DNA from: Candidatus Foliamicus sp.
GTDB lineage: Bacteria > Pseudomonadota > Gammaproteobacteria > Steroidobacterales > Foliamicaceae
Assembly: GCA_965238055.1 (NCBI GenBank)
Contig: OZ250178.1
Location: 2,649,184-2,713,183, forward strand
Length of the DNA: 64,000 nucleotides
Direction of reading: 5' to 3'
Positions 18,739 to 28,043 of this stretch are shown here, piece after piece (position 1 is the stretch's first letter; each line of letters opens with the position of its first letter). The notes beneath the pieces were generated by a model that did no database searches, had not been told where the DNA came from, and saw only the letters and a program-made list of their open reading frames with translations. Both the position numbers and the translations under genes were made by a program.

Positions 18739-19963
18739 CTGGACCGGCGGCCAGTACAGCATCTTCCGGGTGCTGCTCGGGATCTACCTGTTGGTGCATT
18801 TCGTGCACCTGATTCCATGGGCGGTGGAATTGTTCTCGTCCGAGGGGATGCTCCCGGAGGCGGAGCAAAGTCCCTTGTTGTGGCTGTTCCCGAATATTTT
18901 CATCCTTGACGATGCGCCCATTCTTGTGCTCGGCGTCATCATCGGCGCAGCTGCAGCTTCGGTGTATTTTGTTGTCGGAATCGCCGACCGGTTCGCGGCC
19001 TTGTTCATGTGGTTTGCGCTCGCGTGCCTGTACGGGCGCAATCCGCTCATCGCCAATCCCAGCCTGCCGTATGTGGGCTGGATGCTGCTGGCTCACCTGT
19101 TCATTCCCAAGGCGCCCTACGGTTCCGTTCCGGCGCGTGGACGGCCGGACCCCGGCGGCGGCTGGCGCTTTCCACCTCTGATCTTCCTTGCGGCGTGGAT
19201 CGTGCTGGCTCTGAGTTACAGCTATAGCGGATATTCGAAACTGCTCAGCCCGTCGTGGGTGTCAGGGGACGCGGTGGGTTACGTGCTGGAGAACCCGCTG
19301 GCTCGCGACTACTTTCTGCGTGATTTCTTCTTGTGGCTACCGCCGATCCTGGTGCAGATCATTACCTGGTTCATTGTCTTTGTCGAGTTGCTGTTCGCGC
19401 CGGGGGTGCTTTTCCGGCGCGCCCGTCCCTGGCTGTGGAGCGCAATGCTCTTCGTGCAGTTTGGCTTCGCCTTCCTGCTGAACTTTGCCGATTTGACCAT
19501 CGCGATGCTGCTGTTTCACTTGATCACGTTCGATCCGGGCTGGATCAGGGACCGCAAACTACCGGATAAGGCGACGCTGTTCTACGACGGCACCTGCGCG
19601 CTCTGCCATGGGATCGTCCGCCTGGTGCTGGCTGAGGATACGAAGGGCCGCATTCGCTTCTCACCGCTGCAAAGCGAGTATTTCGAATCGCAATTGACGC
19701 CCCTGGAGCGGGCCGGCCTCCCCGACAGCATCGTGCTGATGAGCGACGACGGTTTGCTGCTGGAGACCGACGCCACCATCCGGATATTGAAGATGCTGGG
19801 CGGATTGTGGCTGCTCCTGGCGCTCATCATTAGCGTTTACCCGGCGCGCATGCGGCAGATCGGCTACCACTTCGTGGGCGACCGCCGCTACCGATTGTTC
19901 GGCCGCACCTCCACCGCCTGTCCCATCGTGCCCCCGCGCCTCCGCCCCCGCTTCAAGCAATAA
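18728..19963 (+). CDS. HTTM/VKGC-like + DCC1-like fusion, copy B (intact motifs)
   Basis: MRNSWTGGQYSIFR; YSYSGYSKL..SW..G; YDGTCALC (DxxCxxC); C-terminal TACP. Confidence 0.85.
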   Translation: MRNSWTGGQYSIFRVLLGIYLLVHFVHLIPWAVELFSSEGMLPEAEQSPLLWLFPNIFILDDAPILVLGVIIGAAAASVYFVVGIADRFAALFMWFALACLYGRNPLIANPSLPYVGWMLLAHLFIPKAPYGSVPARGRPDPGGGWRFPPLIFLAAWIVLALSYSYSGYSKLLSPSWVSGDAVGYVLENPLARDYFLRDFFLWLPPILVQIITWFIVFVELLFAPGVLFRRARPWLWSAMLFVQFGFAFLLNFADLTIAMLLFHLITFDPGWIRDRKLPDKATLFYDGTCALCHGIVRLVLAEDTKGRIRFSPLQSEYFESQLTPLERAGLPDSIVLMSDDGLLLETDATIRILKMLGGLWLLLALIISVYPARMRQIGYHFVGDRRYRLFGRTSTACPIVPPRLRPRFKQ

Positions 19964-19976
19964 CCCCCGCCGGGAT

Positions 19977-20098
19977 GGAGGCGTCCCCCTGGGAACGAGG
20001 GCGTCCCGCCCTCGAAACGATCCCCTCGCAGGAACGAGGGCGTCCCGCCCTCGTCGAGAGCGAGACGCTCTCGCACCCAGGTAGGGCGTCCCTCCCTC
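19977..20098. repeat. REP-like cluster (about 4 copies)
   Basis: GGGAACGAGGGCGTCCCGCCCTC and GAGAGCGAGACGCTCTC variants. Confidence 0.85.
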
Positions 20099-20158
20099 GC
20101 TTGTATGCGTATTACATATTGGTTATATTGAACGCAGTACTTTCGAGAGGAACGCTTC

Positions 20159-20425
20159 ATGCCAGGTAGGACGACGATGACAGTTCGGCTCAGTGGAACA
20201 CTGCGTGACTTCGTATCCGCCAATGTGGGGGAGAACGGTTCCTACGAAAACGTTAGCGAATACGTTCGCGACTTGATTCGACGCGACAAGGAGCGGTCTG
20301 AGCGAGCGGCTTTCGAGCGTCTGAAGGCCGAACTGAAACGGGCCTTTGCCGCGCCGGATGACGCCTACCATCCACTCTCCGCGTCTGAAGTCATCGCCAG
20401 GAACAAGGATCGCTCCAGCGCATGA
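20159..20425 (+). CDS. parD: ParD-like ribbon-helix-helix antitoxin
   Basis: MTVRLSGTLRDFV...YENVSEYVRDLIRRD; ATGA overlap with the toxin. Confidence 0.85.
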   Translation: MPGRTTMTVRLSGTLRDFVSANVGENGSYENVSEYVRDLIRRDKERSERAAFERLKAELKRAFAAPDDAYHPLSASEVIARNKDRSSA

Positions 20426-20736
20426 CCCCCGTTCGCGTCCAGGGATCGGCCGCTCTCCGAATCGACGAAATCTACCGATTCTCTCGGGACCGCTGGGGGG
20501 AAGCCCAGGCGGATGCTTATGTCCGGGGGCTCTTCGAAGCGTTCGAGAGTATTGCGGCTGGTGGAGTCGCCTCGCGACCGATTCCGGCCGAGTTCGAGGT
20601 GGATGGCTTCTTCTTTCGCTATGAGAAGCACTTCGTCTATTGGAAGAGGTTGGCCAATGGGGACATGGGTATCGTGACCGTCCTACACGAACGCATGCAT
20701 CAGGTCGGCCGACTTCTGGAGGAATTCGGGGAATAG
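20422..20736 (+). CDS. parE: RelE/ParE family toxin
   Basis: IDEIYRFSRDRWGEAQADAY...FFRYEKHFVYW...VLHERM. Confidence 0.85.
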   Translation: MTPVRVQGSAALRIDEIYRFSRDRWGEAQADAYVRGLFEAFESIAAGGVASRPIPAEFEVDGFFFRYEKHFVYWKRLANGDMGIVTVLHERMHQVGRLLEEFGE

Positions 20737-20752
20737 CAGGCCGTTCTTGATC

Positions 20753-20818
20753 GAGGGCGGGACGCCCTCGTTCCCAGGGGGACGCCCTCGTTCCCAGGGG
20801 GACGCCCTCGTTCCCAGG
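20753..20818. repeat. REP-like cluster with a 20-bp tandem unit x3
   Basis: GACGCCCTCGTTCCCAGG repeated three times at 20-bp spacing. Confidence 0.9.
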
Positions 20819-20839
20819 TACTCAGAAGATCTTTAGCGG

Positions 20840-21742
20840 CTAGCGGCTTTTTGTACGTGCGTCGTTTGCTCTAGTGCTTTCGCCATCGAGCGTTTCTTCC
20901 TTTGTGGCCAGGTCTTTCTGACCATCCTTAATCAACCAGACTTCTCTAGCGTGCCCTCCAAAGAAGATTCCGGCATCGGAATCTTGTCCCTCCTGGGTCT
21001 GCCTAAAGTGGTCGAGAATCATTCGGGTATGTTCCGGCTCATACGCCATGAATGACTCACTCGCCAATCGCAGTATCAGCGGATCGGTTTGGGTGCTGGT
21101 AACCATATGCATGCCTTCCCGCTCAAGCATCGCCAGTCCATTTCCGGCTTCCATCAGCCGCTTAGAGTGGAGTTGCCTGTCCTCCTCGGACTCGTGCACT
21201 TCATATGTGAGCAACCGGCCGTAATCTTCCTGCGCCTCCCGGTACTCGTCCGTCAGGCGCCACGTGTTGTAAACGGCATCGTTGTAGTAGCCGCCCGTAA
21301 TGACGGCATAGTTGTTTCGCTTCATTCGCAGATTGAGCTCACCCTGTTCCAGGATGAAGTTGGTGCCCTTGTTGATCGGCTCGATGGGGGTTCCGTCGCG
21401 ACTTACAGCTTCAAGGACAGCAAAATAAACCGTTTGAGGCTGTTCCACCGCCATTTCCAGGCGAAAGTGCCCGTCCGGACCTATCGGCGCTTGAGCTATG
21501 GCTCCTGGGGGCAATGCTCCGGACGGAGGCTCTTCGCCCGGGGTTGGCGAACCGGGCGCTACCTTCTTCTCCTCCCGGCTTCCGATGAGCGCAGGATCGA
21601 ACACCGTGAATATGCCGTTGTCATACACGACCGACGCGTCACCTTTGAGCACCATGACTGATGCTTCGTCGGCATGGGCCGGTGATGCGGCCAGCAGCAA
21701 GAGAGTCAGGCCAAATATCCAATTGCGCATGTGGATCCTCAC
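20840..21742 (-). pseudogene. C-terminally truncated paralog of the adjacent TlpA-like protein (thioredoxin domain missing)
   Basis: Shares the signal peptide, AIAQAPIGPDG.FRLE, NFILE.GEL and ETLDGE, then stops where the paralog continues into WASWCGPC. Confidence 0.6.
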
Positions 21743-21771
21743 TCGACCAATAGGTCAATCCCGCGCGGGCT

Positions 21772-23025
21772 CTAGTCGAGAAGCTCTTCCAGTTTCTCGT
21801 CAAGCTTGTGTCGCCGGAGGTCTCTTGCAACGATCTCTTTCGTCTCGGAGTTCACCAGGAAGTTTCTGGGTACACCTGTAGTCGATGTGTTGTAAGCCAC
21901 CGGTGCTTCCGCTTTCGTTCCCATCCCGAGATCAAACCAAGGCATGTTTTCCTCCGCCGAGGCTTCTTCCCAGTCCTCGCGCTCGTCGTCGATAGTGAAC
22001 GACACAATCTCGAAGCCCTTGTCGCGGAAACGCGCGTAGGCTTGCTTCATGTGGGGTATCTCCACCCGGCAGGGGCCGCACCACGACGCCCAGAACTCCA
22101 CCAGCACGTAGCGGCTGTCGTCGCGCACGTCAGCCGTGTGCACTTTCTCACCATCGAGCGTCTCGCCCGTGAAGTCCAGAGCGGTCTCGCCGACTGTCAG
22201 CAGCCTGCGCTTGTCCGCGTTTGCCGCAGCGGCTTCCATCGCGGCGAGACGCTTAACGACCCATGGGTCGTCGGGCGTCAGTTCCGCAAGTCCACGTACC
22301 GCGTCGGCCACCCACGGCCCAACTGCCCAAGCGGTCTCGATTACCAACCGTCTTACTAACGGGTCAGAATGGGTCAACGCGACTTTGGACCTGCCTTGAC
22401 TCTCAAGCTGCATGACTTTCTGAAAGGCCTCCCCGCTGGCATCGAGACGGCGTCGCTTGGCTTGCTCAGGCTCGTCTTCCACGGGCGTGCGCAGCCGGTC
22501 GTAATCCGATCGGGCCGACTTGTGGTCGTCTGACAGACGCCAAAAATTGAACACCGCGTCGTTGTAGACACCGCCTGTAATGACAGAGTAATCGCTGCTT
22601 ATCATTCGCAGCTTGAGCTCGCCTGGCTCAAGGATGAAGTTGTTTCCCATCTTGACCGGCCACAAGGTCGTTCCGGCGGCGGTTTTTGCGTTGACGACGG
22701 AGAAAAAGGCCATTCGGGGCTTGTTTACGCCGATTTCCAGGCGAAATGTGCCGTCGGGACCAATCGGTGCCTGGGCAATGGCGCCCGAGGCTTCGACCGG
22801 TGCCATTTCGCCCGGCTTCGCCGTTTTCTTCCATACCTCCAATCTGGCCAGGTCCCAGGCGCGGCTCCGGTCGAAAACCGTGAAGTCGCCATTGTCGTAC
22901 GGCGCGGCTGTAGTGCCTTCGAGCACCATCACCGACTCTTCTTCGGCGAAGGCCGGCGATGCGGCGAGGGTAAGAAGGATTAGCGGAAACATCCAGCCGC
23001 GCATGTAGTGCTTCTCGTGTCTCAT
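21772..23025 (-). CDS. Exported TlpA/ResA-family disulfide reductase with N-terminal extension
   Basis: VLVEFWASWCGPC and GVPRNFLV; signal peptide; AGGA RBS before ATG 23025. Confidence 0.85.
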   Translation of the reverse strand: MRHEKHYMRGWMFPLILLTLAASPAFAEEESVMVLEGTTAAPYDNGDFTVFDRSRAWDLARLEVWKKTAKPGEMAPVEASGAIAQAPIGPDGTFRLEIGVNKPRMAFFSVVNAKTAAGTTLWPVKMGNNFILEPGELKLRMISSDYSVITGGVYNDAVFNFWRLSDDHKSARSDYDRLRTPVEDEPEQAKRRRLDASGEAFQKVMQLESQGRSKVALTHSDPLVRRLVIETAWAVGPWVADAVRGLAELTPDDPWVVKRLAAMEAAAANADKRRLLTVGETALDFTGETLDGEKVHTADVRDDSRYVLVEFWASWCGPCRVEIPHMKQAYARFRDKGFEIVSFTIDDEREDWEEASAEENMPWFDLGMGTKAEAPVAYNTSTTGVPRNFLVNSETKEIVARDLRRHKLDEKLEELLD

Positions 23026-23100
23026 TGGGTGATCCTGCTTTGTTAAATGGCTTGCAATGACCCTACCACATTCATTGATGCGCCACGCTGCAAGTTCTCC

Positions 23101-23158
23101 CTGGGGAAAGAGGGTATCCCGCCCTCGCCGAGAGCGAGACGCTCTCGCTCCCAGGGGG
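23101..23158. repeat. REP/REPIN-like doublet
   Basis: GAGGGTATCCCGCCCTC GCC GAGAGCGAGACGCTCTCGCTCCCAGG. Confidence 0.8.
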
Positions 23159-23195
23159 GTGGGCGCGCGGGGCCTACGCTGGTAGGCTACGGCCC

Positions 23196-24527
23196 ATGGA
23201 TACAAGCAAAAGTGATATGACGGAACTGCCGGATTTGCAGGCGTATTGGATGCCCTTTACGGCGAATCGTCAGTTCAAGCGCGAACCTCGCTTCGTGACC
23301 GGAGCCGAGGGTATGTACTACACGACGCACAACGGTCGGCGGGTGCTCGATGGCGTGTCGGGGCTGTGGTGCTGCAATGCGGGGCATTGTCATCCGCACA
23401 TCGTTGCAGGCATTCAGGAGCAGGCGGCGAAGCTGGACTATTACACGGCCTTTCAGATGGGTTATCCGCGCACTTTCGAGCTGGCTAATCGGCTGGCCGA
23501 GATGGCGCCGGACGGCTTGTCGAGCGTGTTCTTCACCAATTCGGGTTCGGAGGCGGTGGATACGGCGCTGAAGATCGCGATTGCCTGGCACCGGGTGCGG
23601 GGCGAGGGTCAGCGGGTGCGGTTTATCGGGCGTGAGCGCGGTTATCACGGTGTCGGTTTCGGCGGCATTTCGGTAGGCGGGATTGCGTCGAATCGCAAGC
23701 TGTTCGGGGCCTTGTTGGCAGGCGTGGACCACCTGCGTCACACGCAGGATCTGGAGCATCAGGCGTGGAGCCGGGGCCAGCCCCAGTGGGGTGGTCATCT
23801 GGCCGACGAGCTGGAGCGGATCGTGGAACTGCACGACGCCTCGACCATCGCGGCCGTGATTGTGGAGCCTATCGCCTGTTCGGGCGGCATTCTGATTCCG
23901 CCGAAGGGGTATCTGGAGCGGATTCGGGAGATATGCGACAAGCACGGGCTCTTGCTGATCTTCGACGAGGTCATTACCGGTTTTGGGCGCACCGGAGAAG
24001 CGTTTGCATCGCAGACCTTCGGTGTGACGCCGGACATCATCACGATGGCGAAAGGGCTGACCAGCGGCTCGGTACCCATGGGCGCGGTGATGGTGCGCCA
24101 GGATATCTACGACGACTTCATGCACGGTCCGGAGCAGCTGATCGAGTTCGCGCACGGATATACGTATTCGGGCCATCCTTTGGCGGTGGCGGCAGCGCAC
24201 GCGGCGCTGGACGTTTATCAGGACGAATGCCTGTTCGAGCGCGCCAAGGAGACGGGAAAGCTGCTGGGCGACGCGATTCAGGCGCTGAAAGGCAAGCCGT
24301 ACGTCATCGACGTGCGCGACTACGGAATGCTCGGCGCGGTGGAGCTGGAGCCGATCCCCGGCGAACCCACCGAACGCGCCCAACAAGCGTTCCGCGCCTG
24401 CTACGAAAAGGGTCTGCTAACCCGCACAACCGGCGAAACGATGGCGCTGTGCCCCGCGCTCATCGCCAGCGAGTCCCACATTGCCGAACTCGTAGAAAAA
24501 CTGGGCGCCGCCCTCGACACTCTTTAA
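23196..24527 (+). CDS. Class III omega-amino acid:pyruvate aminotransferase (beta-alanine type)
   Basis: YWMPFTANRQF, DGVSGLWC, NSGSEAVDTALK, DEVITGFGR and PDIITMAKG. Confidence 0.9.
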   Translation: MDTSKSDMTELPDLQAYWMPFTANRQFKREPRFVTGAEGMYYTTHNGRRVLDGVSGLWCCNAGHCHPHIVAGIQEQAAKLDYYTAFQMGYPRTFELANRLAEMAPDGLSSVFFTNSGSEAVDTALKIAIAWHRVRGEGQRVRFIGRERGYHGVGFGGISVGGIASNRKLFGALLAGVDHLRHTQDLEHQAWSRGQPQWGGHLADELERIVELHDASTIAAVIVEPIACSGGILIPPKGYLERIREICDKHGLLLIFDEVITGFGRTGEAFASQTFGVTPDIITMAKGLTSGSVPMGAVMVRQDIYDDFMHGPEQLIEFAHGYTYSGHPLAVAAAHAALDVYQDECLFERAKETGKLLGDAIQALKGKPYVIDVRDYGMLGAVELEPIPGEPTERAQQAFRACYEKGLLTRTTGETMALCPALIASESHIAELVEKLGAALDTL

Positions 24528-24528
24528 T

Positions 24529-24601
24529 CCCCCAGGAAGGGCGTCCCCTGGGAACGAGGGCGTCCCGCCCTCGTCGAGAACGAGACGTTCTCGCACGCAG
24601 G
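24529..24601. repeat. REP-like cluster
   Basis: GGGAACGAGGGCGTCCCGCCCTC GTC GAGAACGAGACGTTCTC. Confidence 0.85.
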
Positions 24602-24605
24602 CAGC

Positions 24606-25040
24606 TTATATTTTGCCGAGTGGATTGATGTGATCGACTCCCGCGAAACGCTGAAAGTCGTGGTCGGCGGAATAGATCGGGGCGTTCAGTTCGATCGCCA
24701 TTGCGGCCAAGTGCAGGTCTGAAGTCAGGTTGCCGGCCGTGCCAATCGCGCGCAGCAAGTGGCGGAGAATCGGCCAATGTCCCGCACCGGGTGCAACCGG
24801 TTCTACAGACGGTAATTTCAACCAGGACTCAACATAAGCCGTGGCTTGATCCACAGTGAGGGGATTGGCGAGTATGCCCGGGCGAGTCGCGACTCGCAGG
24901 AAGGCCAACAGGCAGACCCATGGCAGCCCGACGTGTTCACCGCCGGAGAGCACCTTTTCAAACCAATTCTTCGCGGTTTTGTGGTGGTGGGCGTCCCGGT
25001 TGACGGAATAGATCAGCAGGTTGGCGTCGACAAGAATCAT
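24606..25040 (-). CDS. vapC: VapC PIN-domain toxin
   Basis: MILVDANLLIYS...DLHLAAMAIE...SADHDF. Confidence 0.9.
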   Translation of the reverse strand: MILVDANLLIYSVNRDAHHHKTAKNWFEKVLSGGEHVGLPWVCLLAFLRVATRPGILANPLTVDQATAYVESWLKLPSVEPVAPGAGHWPILRHLLRAIGTAGNLTSDLHLAAMAIELNAPIYSADHDFQRFAGVDHINPLGKI

Positions 25041-25306
25041 TTCTGCAGTTGAAGCTTGCGGGCGATCTCCTCGTCCTCAATCCGATCCGCCAGATACAGC
25101 GCCTTGTCCAGGTTGTATGGCCCGACTACGTCGCCCATGGCTGCCGGCTTCAGGCGATAGGGCTTGGGCGCCGGGACATTCACTTTGCCGGAAATACCGG
25201 CGCGCAAGGACTCGTTGACTACCGCCTTGAAGGATCTTCCCGTCCGATAGGCGATTTCCTTGAGCCGCCTGGCAATCTCATCATCAATTGTGAGCGTGGT
25301 TCGCAT
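25037..25306 (-). CDS. vapB: VapB-type RHH antitoxin
   Basis: MRTTLTIDDEI...SFKAVVNESLRAG; 4-bp overlap with vapC. Confidence 0.85.
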   Translation of the reverse strand: MRTTLTIDDEIARRLKEIAYRTGRSFKAVVNESLRAGISGKVNVPAPKPYRLKPAAMGDVVGPYNLDKALYLADRIEDEEIARKLQLQK

Positions 25307-25417
25307 CTTGTGCTCCAGACAAGCGCTTTACAGCATAATAGCATCATCGTATGAAGCATCAAGACATAATTTCTAACTACTCTGGTACCAAATCGAGGTT
25401 GCTGCGTCGTTGTTATT

Positions 25418-25440
25418 GGAACGATAGCGTCCCCGCCCTC
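25418..25440. repeat. Degenerate single REP-like copy
   Basis: GGAACGATAGCGTCCCCGCCCTC. Confidence 0.55.
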
Positions 25441-25454
25441 ATCTCCGAATCACA

Positions 25455-26804
25455 CTACCGTTGCACCGACACGTAGGCGAGCCTGCCATTTCGCCCCGCC
25501 AGTGTCCGCGGATATTGGCGCGACGCACAGCTATTGCTCGAGGACCGATTGACCGGGATCCGAACTACCGGTAGTGCGTCGTTGGAAAGCGTATCCAAAT
25601 CGTAAACGTCGTAAGCAAAGGTTTTTCGATTGCCGGAAAATGAGCGAAGAACCAGGAGTTCGTTGCCGTTAATTCGCTCCCCACTAACATTTCCAAGACC
25701 ATTGGGAACTGTTGCAGGATTCAAGAAGTCGCCCAGGCGTTCACGCTGCTCCTCATTGGAAACTGTTGGGAAGTCAAACACCGTCTCGCCCGTGTCGGCG
25801 TCAAGGACCAATAGTCTCCATTCTCTCCCGTCCCAGGTATGCGGCCGGCCTGAAGGACCTGTATCCAGCGTAAGCCAGGCGCCAGGGCTCCATACGCTGA
25901 TGCTCCAGTCAGGGATGTAGTAGGAGGTAACAAAGGACCACACATCCCTTGCCTTGCCCTCCGGCCACTCGAATTGCCGCTTCGCGACCGTGAATTTGGG
26001 CTGGTCCCTGTCAGACCTCTCATCTTCTACGAAGTAGCCTTCCGTCGAAGAAACCAGCACCGCCTCGTCTTGTCTTCTCTCTCTATCCTCGATCTTGATT
26101 TCTCTCGGCGCCCCGTTGCCTCCTGTCTTGTAGAAGTAGTGAGTCCCCATGCCCCCTTCATCGCCGGGACATCCGGGATCCAGATGCACTTCTGAGTAGT
26201 CCATCGAATAGCTAGCGCTATAACAGAGCTCAAGACCCCAGGACTTGAACGTTCTGCCGATGTCGTGGCGGTACTCTTTCCCCTGGTCAAGGTTTCGTAT
26301 CAGCAGATTGAATGAATCTGCCGTCACTGTCTCGATGGCGAAAAAGGACGATCCATCGGGAGCAATGCCTATGCGAACCACATCATGGTGCTCGTAGATG
26401 ACTTGCCCATCCAGAAAGATTACAGCCGGCTCCGGTGGCGGGGGAATTGTGCCTGCGGCTTTTGTCAAGACGCCTGTGAAGCCTGCCAGCAGGGAACCGT
26501 CAGCCCGCCGTCCAATTCCGTAATTGCTGGCGGAAAAGGACAAATCGCCGCCGTAGACAGGGCCGTTTCCATCCACTACCAGGAAGCGCGCCGCGCCCGG
26601 CTGGATAAGCACTACCACCGCTGCATCCTGGGCTGAACCTTCGCCTGTCCGCATTCGGCATTGCGGGTTATCGATTACCTCCTGCGGCGACAAGTCTGCG
26701 GCGGGCGCCAAGGACGGATCGCCGGCTGACGTAGCGCCCGGTTCGACTGCAGACACGCAAAGGGGCGCTACCAGTGCCAGAACGTAAGCTAAACCCAAGC
26801 GCAT
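25455..26804 (-). CDS. Hypothetical exported protein (beta-rich)
   Basis: MRLGLAYVLALVAPLCVSA signal-like start at 26804; the upstream ORF extension is REP-derived; no family recognised. Confidence 0.6.
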   Translation of the reverse strand: MRLGLAYVLALVAPLCVSAVEPGATSAGDPSLAPAADLSPQEVIDNPQCRMRTGEGSAQDAAVVVLIQPGAARFLVVDGNGPVYGGDLSFSASNYGIGRRADGSLLAGFTGVLTKAAGTIPPPPEPAVIFLDGQVIYEHHDVVRIGIAPDGSSFFAIETVTADSFNLLIRNLDQGKEYRHDIGRTFKSWGLELCYSASYSMDYSEVHLDPGCPGDEGGMGTHYFYKTGGNGAPREIKIEDRERRQDEAVLVSSTEGYFVEDERSDRDQPKFTVAKRQFEWPEGKARDVWSFVTSYYIPDWSISVWSPGAWLTLDTGPSGRPHTWDGREWRLLVLDADTGETVFDFPTVSNEEQRERLGDFLNPATVPNGLGNVSGERINGNELLVLRSFSGNRKTFAYDVYDLDTLSNDALPVVRIPVNRSSSNSCASRQYPRTLAGRNGRLAYVSVQR

Positions 26805-26883
26805 TTCGAACCCAGTCCGCGCCTCACTTCGCACTCTACCAGAGGCGTCTAGACCTACGCTATTGCCCCCCAACACGCTGTAA

Positions 26884-26941
26884 CCCCCGGGAACGAGGGC
26901 GTCCCGCCCTCGACGAGAGCGAGACGCTCTCGCTCCCAGGG
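26884..26941. repeat. REP/REPIN-like doublet
   Basis: GGGAACGAGGGCGTCCCGCCCTC GAC GAGAGCGAGACGCTCTCGCTCCC. Confidence 0.9.
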
Positions 26942-27077
26942 CCTGAAGGCTCTCCTGCACAGCAAAGACCACAATCGAAAATAACGCTGCGGCTGCGAAT
27001 CTCATGGCGACTACTCCTGCATCGAAGAGACTATAGGATACTCAAGGGAAGGAACACCAAGGGGAGAGGACCAAAAT

Positions 27078-28016
27078 ATGACAACCACGCGCAGAGACAC
27101 GCTCAAATACGCCGGGGCCGCCATTGCAGTGATGTCCGGAGCCCGCGCCGCCTCCGCGGAGACGCGGGCGGAAAGCAACCCCTATGCGGTCAGGTCCGGA
27201 CCCATGCCCGTGCCCTACGTGCCGAGGCGCGGCTATGCGGACGGGCCCTTCGGCCAGGTCCACTTCCGCGACACGGGTGAAGGAAGGCCCTTGATCTTGT
27301 GCCCCCAGGCGCCTATGACCTCGCGCCAGTTCCAGAACGTTTACGAACCCCTCGCGCGCCGTGGAATCCGGGCCATCGGCGTTGATTCGCCTGGTTTCGG
27401 GGAATCGGACCCAACGCCCTTCGTGCCCACGGTCAGTGACTGGGCCGAAGCGGTGCCTCCCGTGCTCGACCACCTGGGGATCGAAAAGGCCGACGTACTG
27501 GGCCACCATACCGGAGGCATGGTGGCGACGGAGGTGGCGATCCTGTTTCCCGAAAGAGTAAACAAGCTCGTCATCAACGGTCCTTTGCCCATGGGCGAAG
27601 AGGAACGTAGCAATTTCCTTGAAATGGTCGAGGAAGGAGAGATCAACTTCGTTTACCAGGCCGACGGCAGCCATCTGCAGGCCGCCTTCGCCAGCCGCTA
27701 CCGCATGTACGTCGACGGCGGAGGAACTCCCGATCCGAAGACGATCACCCGTTATACAGTGGAGCGCTTTCAGGGTTACGCGCCTTTCTGGACCGGTCAC
27801 CACGCCGCTTTTATCTATGACCACAATGCAGCTCTCATGAAGCTCATGGTCCCCACCCTGATCCTCACCAACACGGGCGATCAGATCTACGAAAACGCCA
27901 AGCTGGCCGTGGAGATGCGTCCTGATTTCGACTACGCAGAAATGCAAGGCGGCGGCATCGACATCGTCGATCAGATGCCCGAAGAATGGGCCGACGCGGT
28001 GGTGAACTTTCTCTGA
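27078..28016 (+). CDS. Tat-signal alpha/beta-hydrolase-fold protein with atypical GHHTGG elbow
   Basis: TTRRDTLK leader; IGVDSPGFGESD; LGHHTGG; LVINGP. Confidence 0.8.
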   Translation: MTTTRRDTLKYAGAAIAVMSGARAASAETRAESNPYAVRSGPMPVPYVPRRGYADGPFGQVHFRDTGEGRPLILCPQAPMTSRQFQNVYEPLARRGIRAIGVDSPGFGESDPTPFVPTVSDWAEAVPPVLDHLGIEKADVLGHHTGGMVATEVAILFPERVNKLVINGPLPMGEEERSNFLEMVEEGEINFVYQADGSHLQAAFASRYRMYVDGGGTPDPKTITRYTVERFQGYAPFWTGHHAAFIYDHNAALMKLMVPTLILTNTGDQIYENAKLAVEMRPDFDYAEMQGGGIDIVDQMPEEWADAVVNFL

Positions 28017-28043
28017 TCCGTGAAGCGCTGTTGGGATGCTCGC

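Noticed and set aside
19977-25440. Integron cassette array carrying TA genes
   Set aside because: No integrase and no convincing RYYYAAC...GTTRRRY attC cores; the flanks are REP-type palindromes.
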